A stretch of DNA of 64,000 bases from Octopus vulgaris. Its lineage: Eukaryota. The notes under the pieces are model-generated. The model ran no database searches. It saw only the letters and a program-made list of their open reading frames with translations, and was not told the DNA's origin. The DNA is taken from the NCBI GenBank assembly GCA_951406725.2, contig OX597836.1, forward strand, positions 48,298,001-48,362,000, given 5' to 3'. Both the position numbers and the translations under genes were made by a program. This document shows positions 38,858-51,299 of the stretch, in pieces; position 1 is the stretch's first letter, and each line of letters opens with the position of its first letter.

Positions 38858-39054
38858 TACTGAATTTGATGACCTATAAGATGCACTTGTGGTTCACAAA
38901 GAAAAAAAAAAAAAATACCCCGAAAAATCCCACCCCGGGTGCCATACGTGAAGTCGGGTCTATGTTACATGTTTTAATGCCCTAGAAACTTTTTCACGAA
39001 GATGTGGGTGCGCCTATTATGCCCGCGCGTGTTTTATATCATTAAATATGGTTA
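38858..39054. mobile_element. Degenerate pogo-like MITE
   Basis: Left TACTGAATTTGATGACCTATAAGATGCAC and right GCGTGTTTTATATCATTAAATATGGTTA form weak inverted ends. Confidence 0.35.
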
Positions 39055-39297
39055 ATAACCTTTCCAAAAATAACCTCCTTTACATTAGGCTTCCATGAAA
39101 AACTGTTGTAATTTTACACTATTCTCTCTCGTTGCTGTTGAAATATCGCGTATATATTAAAGTAATTTGTGCAAGTTATGTACGTTTTTATAACCTCAAA
39201 TTACTGACAGTTCAGTTACAAGTGGAGACGTTGAAGATGGCGGCGATTTGATGAAAGACCTTGTGAGGTGTGTGTTTTACTGATAGTTTTGGCTTTT

Positions 39298-39332
<35 letters not shown>

Positions 39333-39529
39333 AATGATAGAAAAACATTTTCTATTATGAGTAATCAAACGTAATTAAACACGCAGACCCAGCGTGCAAT
39401 ACTGAGAGAGAGAGAGAAATTGTGTGCATAAACATCAGATGTTTTACCCCAAGTATAAACTACAGGAGCTGCTTAAAGATATTACAAACTCTTCTGGTGG
39501 TGACTAAAGCCATTGAAATGTTGGGAACC

Positions 39530-39945
39530 GTTCTTCTTTATTTACAGAAGGGATCTCAGTCGCGGCTTTTACTCTTTAACCTCTTCACCCAAGTGGGGCA
39601 GCAAAGACAGAATCACCCCCCCCCCTGGTCTTAGCTGTTATGGCTTTCTTCAGTTTGGGTTCCAAATCGACCTTCTACAGAAAATGTCTCACCAATCTTG
39701 CTGGGAAAGCCTAACAGACAGCTTCAGTAAGGAATGGGGCTGCGTGCCACCATTTGACAACCAAGTTCTGATATTTAGCTTTCTTCAGTTGGTGAGAAAC
39801 GTCAAGTCTCTCCTCCCGGAACACTGAGAGTTCACCCATAATGATTGCTTTTGTTCTCCTGGATAGAAGAACCATTTCAGATTGGAATGATGTTACTGTC
39901 ATTTCTTGCAGAAACACGGGCCTACTCTTCAGTGCCACTTGAATT
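39530..39945 (-). mobile_element. Hero/NeSL-like non-LTR 3' fragment (REL endonuclease region)
   Basis: ORF 39711-39938: MVLLSRRTKAIIMGELSVFREERL..HQLKKAKYQNLV resembles PD.VL.S..K.VI..ELTVPWEE..H..K..KY..LV. Confidence 0.65.
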
Positions 39946-40537
39946 TCTTAGACACAGGCTTCCTACAAAATGGTAGTGTGTGTGTGTGTATGTATGTGTG
40001 TGCGTGTGTTGGACACACAGTGCTGTGAGAATGAATTAATAATCATATCAAAGTAACCATTTTTACCCCCCCCCCCCGCAATGTACATACATAAATATCT
40101 GCAAGTGTTAAGTCTTTTAATGAGAGAAATTCCAACTACAATCATCTCAAAGAAACCAAAATTTTGTTATTAAATTTATTCGTTTCTATGGTAACTGGTT
40201 GTGAAGATTTCATTGCTATTTTTATCAGGTTGTGAATAACTTTGCTGCTGCTAGGTCTGCTGTTTGCTTGAGCAACAAGAAACTGTGAGAAGCTTTGACC
40301 CACAAAGTAACAAATACAGACATGTGCTCACAACTGTTTTTCTGCTAATTTCTGTGTGTATATGTTTGTATGTTGAATGCTTGTGTGCATGCTTGTATAT
40401 ACATACACACACAGCTGTATGCTCTCTTTCTGGGTATGCCTCAAGACTTTTTTTTAGAGTATAGGGTGGAGTGATTAGCATAAGCACAAAATTGTTATTT
40501 TGGTGAAAAATGACCAATTTTCTTGTTATTTTAGTTT

Positions 40538-40579
40538 GTCAAAGCTCTTTCGTCACACACCTGTGACCTCTTCAGTGAC
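40538..40579 (-). ncRNA. Minimal type I hammerhead ribozyme motif
   Basis: Minus strand GUCA-CUGAAGA-G-GUCACA(GGUG)UGUGAC-GAAA-GAGC-UU-UGAC: intact core, 6-bp stem II, 4-bp stem I, CUU cleavage triplet. Confidence 0.65.
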
Positions 40580-40984
40580 TTTTTAATGGAAAAAGCAAAT
40601 CAAGAAGAGACTTGTGGGATAAAGTCATTGGATTAAAGTGCTCTGATAAATTATCAATTTTCTTGGTACACTTCCCTTGTGTGGATGCATGTCTGAGAAA
40701 ATTATACCACGTTGCATAATCTCAGCTGATTGGTTATTGATCTCACTCAGCCACAAGGTTTGTAATGTTGAGTCTGTTGCAGTCCTTTAAGATATTTACA
40801 ACTCTAACAAGAATAAATATGCAAAAGTCGCATCTTTTATTGATTTAAGATAAAATTTCCTTTTTTTTCTTTTTAATGAAGACAGCCATGTTGAAGTGAC
40901 TTAAAGATTAAATTATTTCAAAGGAATCTGTTTCTGACATTATTTGTACAATTATTATTAAGTGTAACTGTTCCAAAATGTTGT

Positions 40985-41268
40985 TTGTTCCTTCTCAAGC
41001 CATGCCTGGCTCATAAGGGCTGGTTTCATTGGCATATAGGTTCCCCACCTGGTTGGGATGCCAGTCTGTTACAGGTGAGCTTCTAGATTCAGGAGGAAAG
41101 AGTGAAAGTTGTGGCAAAAGAGTCAGCAGGTGTCTGCCATTGTCTTCTACTAGAGCCACATGGAACTAGGTGTTTTGCTTGTAAACACACACATCACCCA
41201 GTCTGAGATTCGAACCCGCGATCCCTTGTCCATCTGGCCACTGCTCTAACCACTAGGCCATGTGCCTT
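40985..41268 (-). mobile_element. tRNA-derived SINE, further family
   Basis: Minus strand begins GGCACATGGCCTAGTGGTTAGAGCAG..GCGGGTTCGAATCTC, with strong A and B boxes, followed by ~200 nt of non-tRNA body. Confidence 0.7.
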
Positions 41269-41371
41269 CACGTTCTTCTATAATAGTTTTGTAAAAATAG
41301 ATTGTCCATAAATGTGCCTTTTGTCACAAACGGAAATCAAAGAATTTCAATTCAACGGAATTTAACTTGTG

Positions 41372-41560
41372 CATTCACTCGCACTCACTCACTTGCTCAT
41401 GCACTCACTCACTCACAATCACTACCACACACTCACACACTCACTCGCAATCACTTGTAATGACTCACACACTTACTCACTCACAATCACTCGCACACAC
41501 TCACAATCACTCACACACACTCACCCACTCGTGCGCGCACACACACACACACACACACTC
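41372..41560. repeat. Degenerate (CACT)n/(CA)n low-complexity tract
   Basis: Direct reading. Confidence 0.9.
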
Positions 41561-42023
41561 TATTCAAGCACACCATATGTGACACGAAATATCCTCATTT
41601 TGCTTAATATCCCCCGAATTCTTAAAATTTAAGGCATTATAAATTGTTTGCAAATGCTGTTAAACCATTTTTCTGAAATGATTTTTAAAGAAGCAATACA
41701 AACAACCGAACTGCTCCCTCAATATTTTCCATTTTCCCTTCTTTACTAACTTTTAGTCTCGCCTTTATTAGTGTCAAGTGAACCGGAACATTTTTCACCT
41801 GTTGTGTGTAGGTGGATTCATTCTATTCATTCTGTTTTGTGCTGGGTGTAAATAAAAGTGATCTGGTGCAGTGACTGTTTCAAATTCCTGTCCTTGGTGT
41901 GACTTTTTAATCTTTGCCTTTGAAGTCAACTTAATGCTTGTTGTGTCAGGTTGATATCAAAGACAAATGTTCAATTGTTAGTTTGAAAAAGTGATCAAGC
42001 CAGAAACTCTTTTAATTTACACT

Positions 42024-42063
<40 letters not shown>

Positions 42064-43189
42064 TGAATGATTAGAAAAAGAATTCTTTAGTTGACAAAAT
42101 GGTTATTTTTACAAATATCTTGTTAACAAAGGTGTTGTATGTAACGTGTTTCTGTCCACCTGTCTGTCTGTCCTACATAGTTGATGAGTATCAACATGTC
42201 TGTTAAATGTAATTGGTTGATTAAGAATCCAACAGGCTTTGGGCACAGGAGATAGGCCTTTTAGAGTGGCGTCTGAATACTGCTTCTGTAATTGTCAATT
42301 AGCTTGATTAGTTCTGCTTGAAACAAACACGTTTGTGTTCTTGGCCAAAGAACTAACATCAAGTCCTTCTAAGAATGATCTCCTTTTAAGGACTTCATTA
42401 CTGCCCACCTCTTCTCTTCTACCACACAACTTTAACATTATGAAGCATTCAGCTCTTTCTCTCTTATTCCGCAAAAGATCATGAAGATTGCCCTGGCTCC
42501 TTACATCAATAAATAAATATACAAACTGCTAATCACGAAGATGGTAGGCCTAATCCACATATTTAGGCTTGGATTTGGGACCTTTAATCCTCTGGATTAC
42601 TTCTAACAACTAATCCCATTGTGTCAATGATGGATCCTTTTCTCTTAAGGCAATCTCTTCAAACTGAACAGACTCGGTCCAGTTTCTATCATGGTAACAT
42701 GTTGCACTTTACATACTGCTGTATGCATACATTGTACTGTGCACTCATGCACTCCTGCACTCTTTTGACAAGTCTTGCCGTTCTGCAACCCGCCTCACCT
42801 GGTTGGGCTGCCACTTGATTGGCTGACAACGATTTAGCAATGTAACCTGTTACACCAAATTGCATTGTTATTCCAGTAGTACACATACAAATCTATGCTG
42901 CAATATTCACACCTGTACTATACACACATAGTACATGCCTTCATATCATTCAAACCAGTTTAACATTGATACATTCTTAGATATCAATAGGTTACTTTGG
43001 AAATACTGGGTCATTTAGATGTTGTAACTGCTCTTGCCCTTCCTCCCCTCTCTTTGTGGCAGCAGCTTGGCTTTGAAGTGAAACTAGGCAATGTTAAATG
43101 TTGCCCAGGTCAGATCAACACATGTTGTCTAGAACAAACATATTCTCTCAGTTGACAAATGGAAGAAACTGGGTGTGGCAAATTATATA

Positions 43190-44420
43190 TCATCATCATC
43201 ATCATTGTTTAACGCCTGCTTTCCATGCTGGCATGAGTTGGACGGTTTGACTGAGGTCTGGCAAGCCAGGAGGCTGCACCAGTCTCCAGTCTGATCTGGC
43301 AAAGTTTTTACAGCTGGATGCCCTTCCTAATGCTAACCAGTATGAGAGTGTAGTGGGTGCTTTTTACGTGCCACCAGCATGGAGGCCAGTCAGGCGGCAT
43401 TGGCATCGATCTACATGCTACCAGCATGGATGCCAGTTAGGTGGCTACAACTATGATTTCACCTGACTCAATAGGTCTTCTCGAGCACAGCGTATTGCCT
43501 GATGATTGAAGGGTACTTTTAAACGGGCCAGTTATGCAGCATTGGCATCAGCCATGGCTACAATCTCACTTGGTTTGCTGGGTCTTCTCAACCACTGAAT
43601 ATCTCCAAAGGTCTTGGTCACTTGTCATTGCCTCTGTGAGGTCCAACATTCAAGGGTTGTGCTGTACCACTTCGACCCATGTCTTCCTAGGTCTACCCCT
43701 GCCACAGGTTCCTTCAACTGTTAGGGTGTGACACTTCTTCACACAGCTGTCCTCATCTATACTCAACACATGACCATACCAATGCAGTCATCTCTCTTGC
43801 ACACCACATCCGATGCTTCTTATGTCCAACTTTTCTCTCAGGGTGCTTACACCCTTTCGTGTATGCATTTCTTTCAAGCCTATACATGTCCTCAGCAGTC
43901 ACAGCTCGTGTTTCACTGCCATGTATCATGGCTGTTCACACATGTGCATCATACAGTCTACTTTTCACTCTGAGCGAAAAGCCCTTTGTTACCAGCAGAG
44001 GTAGGAGCTCTCTGAACTTTGCTCAGGCTTTTCTTATTGTAGCAGCTATGCTCTCAGAGCATCCACCCCTGCTACTGACTTGATCACCTACAAAATGGAA
44101 GCTATCAACTTCTAGTTTTTCCCTCTAGCATGTGATGGAATCTGTTTTTTGTACATCTTCGGTGTTTATTGCCCCTGTGCATCTGCCACACACAAAAACT
44201 ATCTTCCCAGTTAACCTTCCTTTGATATTGCTCCACTTATGTATCCATAGCTTACACCGGGTACATCTTATGGAGTTTCTGCCTACGCCTTTTCTATAGA
44301 TCGAGCAGGGTCATCTACCTGAAGGGATTTGTGTTTTGTCTGCCTTCCTACTTATTAAGACCTTGGTTTTTGCTTTATGGACCCTAAGGCCCTTCCATTC
44401 TAGACCTTGCTTCCACACCT
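43190..44420 (-). mobile_element. RTE-clade LINE 3' fragment in annexin intron 1
   Basis: Minus-strand TLTVEGTCGRGRPRKTWVEVV..AMTSDQDLWRY; same 3' UTR and (GAT)n tail as 32752-33620. Confidence 0.85.
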
Positions 44421-46570
44421 GTATAGCTTGTGCATTGGCTGCATGGCTTTTTTAAACCTTTTCTTTTAATGTAAAGGTTTCGTTGACAGCACAAACTTCA
44501 ATATATGAATTATCTTCTCTTTTCTAACCTTAACAATCAGCATCTGCATATCTTATAAACTTATTTAAATATTTCATATTTCTAAAATTATTTCTCATTA
44601 TTTTTAAACCCCACCAAAGTTGGTGAGCTGACAGAATTGACGGAGCATTGGTTGTTTTGCAACATTTTTTTCTGTCTTTTTATGTTCTTAGTTCAAATCT
44701 TGCTCAAGTCTACTTTGCTTTTCATCTTTTCAGAACTATTGAAATAAAGTACCAGTTGAGTACCAGTGTCAAAGTACTCGACTTACTCCCTTCCATAAAA
44801 AAAATTGCTGGCCTTGTACCAAAATTAGAAAGTATTCATCCTTTAATATCCGTTGTTCATGCTGACATGGGTTGGATGGTTTGATCAGAGCTGGAAAACT
44901 CGGGGTGGGGGGCTGCACCAGACTCCAGTCTGATTTGGCATGGTTTCTATGGCCAGATGCCCTTCCTAATGCCAACCACTTTACAGAGTGTGCTGGGAGC
45001 TTTTACATGGCACCACAAGCCGACTCCAGTGTCCAAGAATGTCATATTGAAATAGACTTTGCAAAGCAAGACTGGTTTCAGTTGACAGATGATTCAGTGG
45101 CACCCGTCTCCTCCCTGGATATTGTTATTCTGTGAGAATCCCTTTTGTTCTTTGACTGGTTTTTATTTTTAATCCTGCTGGGAGTCGAAGTACCATCATC
45201 ACCCAGGAAATTCACAAACAGGAAACAGTTAAGACACCAACTACCCAACCATGAGACAGATTAAAGCAAGGGTGTAAAGTTTCTTTGGCTTTGCAGGCCA
45301 AACTGGAGCATGAAGTAGATTTAGTGAGCTGGGTAGGGCTAATTATTCCTAAAAACCTTAATCGTAATGGGGACCAAAGTAAATTGATAAAGGTGAAAGG
45401 TCAAGGTACATTAACATCTTTATTAACAATAAAGAAATGAAAGAATATGAGACGTTAGAAAAGTTTGTGTGCAGAGATGAATGGAAGAAAAATTCTTTCT
45501 CTCTCTCTTCCTCCCTACCTCTCTTTCTCTCACACAGACACAGTCCTATTAAGAATTCTAGAATGAGAAAGGTGCCCTGATTTGGCTAACCAAAGTTAGT
45601 ATTATTCACAATTCTAGTTAGGCTTCAACACTATACACATGCCACTGGTTTATGTATGGCCTTGTATTTCTGGCTGCGATGTTTTTGTGTAACTTCAATC
45701 ATCCACCAAGTGGCTCTCCACTTCTATGATTTTGTTGTCATCCACTCATTGTGAATAACTGACAGGCTTGGAGAACTTTCCGTTGAGATAATTAAAAAAT
45801 GTTTCATAAAAGTAATACAATCATTTAATAGTGTAAGACACACAACAGGTGTAGGTTATGTATGAAGAGGAAGGAGGTTTCATGAGAAGATACGACTTCC
45901 TGACATAATTACTGATGTACTGTAAGCAATTTTCTTTAATTTATGCTTACAGTCTGTGATAATTTGGCTTGTTTACTGCATATAATTTTAATTGCAATGA
46001 TATATAACATTTAAGCATTGTCTACCAAGATGAACTTCACCTTTTCCTGTTCTGTTACTGATTGGTACCAATACTGAGTATCCGCTTGCCCTTCTCTTTT
46101 GCAATTTCCTGGCCCCTGTGCTGATGTTAGAAATGATAATAATGGTTTCTGATTTTGGCAGAAGACCTGCTATTTTGAACGGAGAAAACCATTAACTCCA
46201 GTTCTCAATCAGTACTCTTTTTTACCGGCCCTGGAGGGATGAAATGTAGAGTTGACCGGGATAGGATTTGAGCTCAGAACATAAAAGGCCAAAACAAATA
46301 ATGTAAAACAATTTCCAATACTCTAACATTTTACCAGCTCCCCACAATAATAATCCTTTCTGCTATAGGCACAAGGCCTGAAATTTTGGGGGAGGGGACT
46401 AATCAACTACATTGACCCCAATGTTTCACTGGTTCTTAATTTATTGACCCCAAAAGGATAAAAGGCAGAGTTGATCTCAGAACATAGTGGTGGACGAAAT
46501 ACTGTTAATCATTTCATCCAGTGTGCTAACGATTCTGGCAGCTTGCTGCTTTAATAATCATAATAATAAG

Positions 46571-47860
46571 TTGAGTGCTCAATGTTCCAGATTGCTATTC
46601 ACGCTCCTTCTTCACCAAGTACGTAGATGACATCCTCATACTGACATCCTCCCATGAAAAGGATGACAGAATATTCACGACATTCGATAACATGGACATG
46701 AACATAAAGTTCCCTATAGAATATCCCGACATCACTGGATCGCTATCACTACTTGACTTCCAACTGAAAATAACGGAAGAAAGGGAAATCCATACCAAGT
46801 TCTACAGGAAAGCAGCCAGTAGAGATACGTTTGTCCAATACAGTTCATCCCTTCCACTCGGTGCCAAAATAGGATACACCAGAAATGAACTTGGGCGCAT
46901 CCAGAGTAAGTGCAGCAGGACAGAGGACAAGGTGACCCACACCACACGCTTCCTAGAGATATTGAAAACTAATGGGTATCCTAGATCCATTGTAAATTGG
47001 TTTAAGTACCCAAGACGGCCAACACGCCGATCACATAGAAAACCCAGCAACACATGCTTCCTTAAAATACCCCATTTTAGTGAGAGGATAACTACAGCCA
47101 CCCGAAGAGCCATAAGAAGAGAAGGACTAGACATACAAACAGCCCACTCCGGCCCCTCTCTGAGAAGACACCTTGCAAAAAAATGAGCAAGGGACAGCAA
47201 TCAATGCACACTAACAAACTCTCCCATCCGTGACACAGATTTATGCCAAAGGGTAAATGTTGTTGTATAGAATACAATGTAACAAATGCAACAAGTTCTA
47301 TGTGGGTAGCACAACAAGAGACCGTTACACGTCTGCATCAAAGAACATCTGAACACAAGAGCCTCCTCCTTCAGAAAACATCTGGACAGATGCCAGAACA
47401 CTGACAAAAGCATAACTCAAAATTGAAGCCAATGAAAGAAATTTGGGTAATTTAAGAATTAAGGAAGCTATACTCATACTCAGACCCCAAATTAACAACA
47501 GGCTGGAGGTTGGCAGTTAATATATTGTTTAGCTACATCTGGATGCATGTAGGTTCATTTTTGATAATGTGCTCATCTATTGTTTATAAAAAAAAAAAGA
47601 GAAAAAAGTGTGGGGGGAGGAAGCCGCATGTATAATACATTACTTAGAAGCAGCACTATGGATGTACCAGCACACACGAGATTGAGAATGGCTGACCTCA
47701 CGCACTTCTTATGAGGATTTCAGGAAGGAGCTTCGTGAGACAACTGCTGAGACGCTTCCAAAAAAAAAAAAGAAAAACTGTTGGAAAACCGATTATAGCA
47801 GCGACTCCATCTAAGAATATCTGAAGAAGGAATTTTATTCTGAAATATCATAATAGACTA
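46571..47860 (+). mobile_element. 5'-truncated Penelope-like retroelement (RT C-terminus plus GIY-YIG endonuclease) in annexin intron 1
   Basis: ORF 46575-47186 has YVDD, IKF.IE, LDF, YRK and NGYP motifs; frameshifted LYRIQCNKCNKFYVGSTTR..KEH..KEAILI..PQIN at ~47263-47500. Confidence 0.92.
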
Positions 47861-48539
47861 TGGATGACTAAATTCCAACAGGTATATAGTCCATTGTCTG
47901 TATTATAATGTATTGTTGTACCGTTAAAAACTTTTCTTTACGAACAATACACAATGCTTCAAGAGAACTACAATGCTCTCCTAAAAAAAAAAAAAAAAAA
48001 GGAATGCCACCTTCCTTTCTGTCACCATTCACTGTCTCTCTCACTCTCTCTCTCACTTCCTTTCTCCCACTTTGCCATTCACTTCAAGTATACCTCCTCT
48101 GCTTAACACCTTTTAGTTCTCTTTTTCTATGTATCTCTCCCTTCAACTTTTTTATCTCTTCCTTTGAAATAATTGCGACACACACCACAGGTACATAAAT
48201 ACATACAAAAACAGAAAGTTAGCATATTGATATTATTGATGATGGTTTCAAATTTTGCCACAAGGGCAGCAATTTTGTGAGAGGATTTGTCAATTATATA
48301 GACCCCAGTGTTTCACTGGTACTTAATTTATTGACCCCAAAAGGATGAAAAGCAAAACCGACCTTGGTGGAATTTGAACTCGGAACATAGTGACGGACGA
48401 AATACTGCTAAGCATTTTGTCCAGTGTGCTAACAATTCTGCCAGCTCACCACTTTTATAATAATAATTAGAAATGAGCAAATGTTTGCATTGTACTGAAT
48501 TTGTAATGGATTTGACGAAACCATTACTCATTTCTGAAT

Positions 48540-49110
48540 GAACACCCTTGGCTTGCCCAAAACCAATATAAACTGTGGCAACATGATGAGGAAGTTAAAG
48601 TGCTGCTTTAGGAACCGTGAAAAGTGGGGATTAGAGAGAAGCAAGACATGGTGTGACACAAACCACAGAGTGGCTGAGTTAGAGAACTGCAAAATGCTGT
48701 GGGATTTCCCAATCCAAACAAACCAGGTGTTTGAACATAAACTAGGTTTCGTGGTGGTGGACAAGGTAAACCACATGTCCTCTAGTATTGATGTTGCATG
48801 CCAATTTGACTCCTGAATAGTTAAAAAGGAAGGCTAAAAAATACATATACAATCCTCTTAAATATGAGATAGCCTGACTGTTGATGGTGGTGATTGTTGT
48901 TGGGCCTTGGGGACAGAATTAAGATATTGACAGGAACATAAATGGGACCAGAGTGTCCAGTAGAGCTGTTGCAAAAAGTTTGTTGCCTTGGCATGGCCAG
49001 AATCTTCGGGAATGTATTAGACAGGTGAAGAGAACAGATACGAGAGGCTGCAGGTATCAGACCCACAACTTTGTGTGCAAAACTCCAGGAGTTCCAACAA
49101 AACCTGAGTT
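48540..49110 (+). mobile_element. R4/Dong-like LINE 3' fragment
   Basis: ENCKMLWDFPIQTNQVFEH..VVVDK..IDVACQFD and VELLQKVCCLGMARI; homologous in motif to 6300-6795. Confidence 0.75.
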
Positions 49111-49278
49111 AAAAGAATAATAATTGTTCAAATAGTAATACAAGGCCAGCAAATTTAAGGGTTGGGTAAGTTAACTACACTGACTCCAGTGCTCAAATAG
49201 TACTTATTTTATGAACCCCAAAAGGTTCAATGGCCAAGTCAACCCTGGGCACTTAGAGCATGGCCCTGGATACCAACC

Positions 49279-50359
49279 ATGGAAATACCCCCTAGAACTC
49301 ATGTTGTTCAAAGAACATGTTCATCAGTGACCTTAGGTTCTGATATTGAGCTCGAAAAGTCTTTAAATCAGGACCAACCTCCTCAAGAACCTGTAGCAAA
49401 TCAAACCAGGGATATTCCCAAAACTGACGCTCAGGATCAACTACCTAATCTATTTCAAAGAAATAGAAATACAAGACAGAAATGGACTCAGAAGGAATAT
49501 ATTGAAGTTCTGCATGCTTATTATTATTCAATACTAAACCCAGAAACATCAACCCCACAAATCGAGGCCTACAGTAATAAAGTAGGAGGTGCAAGACGTG
49601 ATATCCTAAAAGATAAAAGGCTGACAGCGAAATTGACAAAATAGTCAGATCAGTCAAAAGTCAGCTCAGTATAACACACGCTCACCTATACCCACAGGCA
49701 AAAGAACCCTGAAATCACTAACTGAAACCAGCAAACTGGGTACACAGAACCCTATGAAGGTGGACCATCAGTTGAGACTAAAAATACTATAAATGGTCGC
49801 ATCAGCAATGAATTGTTAAATGGAACAATATCTTATACAAGTACATCAACCTTTCCATGAAAGAGCCCCACTTCACAAAATCTTTAATACTAAGAAGAGA
49901 CAAGTAATCAAAGAAGTTGATCAAACACTTGGAAAGCTGATACGACAACTCCTTGAGAATAGTAGAGAAAATGTGCTCAAAGTGATTGGGCAACTCTTTT
50001 ACTCAGTTGCTTCTGTTGCAACTCAGAACTGTGGTATTAAAATTAGGGACAGGCAAAAAAAAAAGAAGGTGCAATGTACACAAACAGCCTGCATGGATGG
50101 ACAGAATAAACTGGCTGATAATGCAACTAAGAACTGATATGGCTTTTCTACTTGAAACAAGCAAAGGCAGAACTCATAAACCCAACAAACTAACAAGAAA
50201 AACTGTTGAACCTGACCTTTACAAGAAAACAAAGGGTTCACAGATTGAAATCCTCCAAACCAAAACTACAATTAAAACCAAACGAGTGGCAAGAGACAAA
50301 AACTGCTCAGCATTCCATAGGCAAAGCATATTATTCTGGGAGAATACAAAAGAATTCTA
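49279..50359 (+). mobile_element. Probable R4/Dong-like LINE N-terminal ORF remnant
   Basis: Several long broken ORFs including RQKWTQKEYIEVLHAYYYS and QPAWMDRI..I.QLR.D; F..N.K.FY precedes the truncation. Confidence 0.55.
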
Positions 50360-50897
50360 CATGATCATGATGTTGTGGGTTCAATTCCCAGACCAGCTTC
50401 ACATTGTGTTCTTGAGCCAAACCTTCCTTTCACATTGCCCCAGTCCACTCAGTTGTAAATGGATAATCATGTGACAAACTAGCCATCCAATCAGAAGGGA
50501 TGTTCACCTGCTCAACTAGCCAATGGGATGGCTTCATTTGACAGCTAAAATGATGCAAAGCACGTTGTGATCAGTGATGTATACCGTTATTGTGAAAACA
50601 GCTCCTCTCTAGCAGCAAACTGAAGATTCTTGGAAAAGCCCATATACTATGGAAAGCACTCTCCATCTAAAACGGAATAAATGTGGTGGTAATTTTAGCC
50701 AGCCTAGCAAGACTAAAATGTCTTTGCTACTGTTGGCCCCTGGAGGATGCCTGATACTAAGGCAACTGAAATGAAGTTCTGATGAAAAGAAACCATAAAT
50801 GATAACTATAATAGTTATTAGCACCGTGTTTACTTGTAATTCTTGGTAATGTTGGTGAATTCCTTTGTTGGCTCCTAATTTTTGAAAAAAAATATAT

Positions 50898-51299
50898 TGG
50901 CTGTGTGGTAAGTAGCTTGCTAACCAACCACATGGTTCTGGGTTCAGTCCCACTACGTGGCACCTTGGGCAAGTGTCTTCTGCTATAGCCCTGGGCCGAC
51001 CAATGCCTTGTGAGTGGATTTGGTAGATGGAAACTGAAAGAAGCCTGTCGTATATATGAATATATGTATATATATGTGTGTGTATATGTTTGTGTGCCTG
51101 TGTTTGTCCCCCTAGCATTGCTTGACAACCGATGCTGGTGTGTTTACATCCCAGCCACTTAGCGGTTCAGCAAAAGAGACCGATAGAATAAGTACTGGGC
51201 TTACAAAGAATAAGTCCCGGGGTCGATTTGCTCGACTAAAGGCCGTGCTCCAGCCTGGTCGCAGTCAAATGACTGAAACAAGTAAAAGAGTAAAGAGAG
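50898..51299 (+). mobile_element. SINE family A copy in annexin intron 1
   Basis: Colinear with 21108-21503. Confidence 0.9.

Noticed and set aside
39211-39267. 57-nt cassette exon reading using the ACTGACAG acceptor
   Set aside because: No polypyrimidine tract and an in-frame TGA; the alternative-first-exon reading fits better.
41195-41268. tRNA-like sequence with good A and B boxes
   Set aside because: No proper cloverleaf or acceptor stem and it continues into a repeat body; a SINE head, not a tRNA gene.
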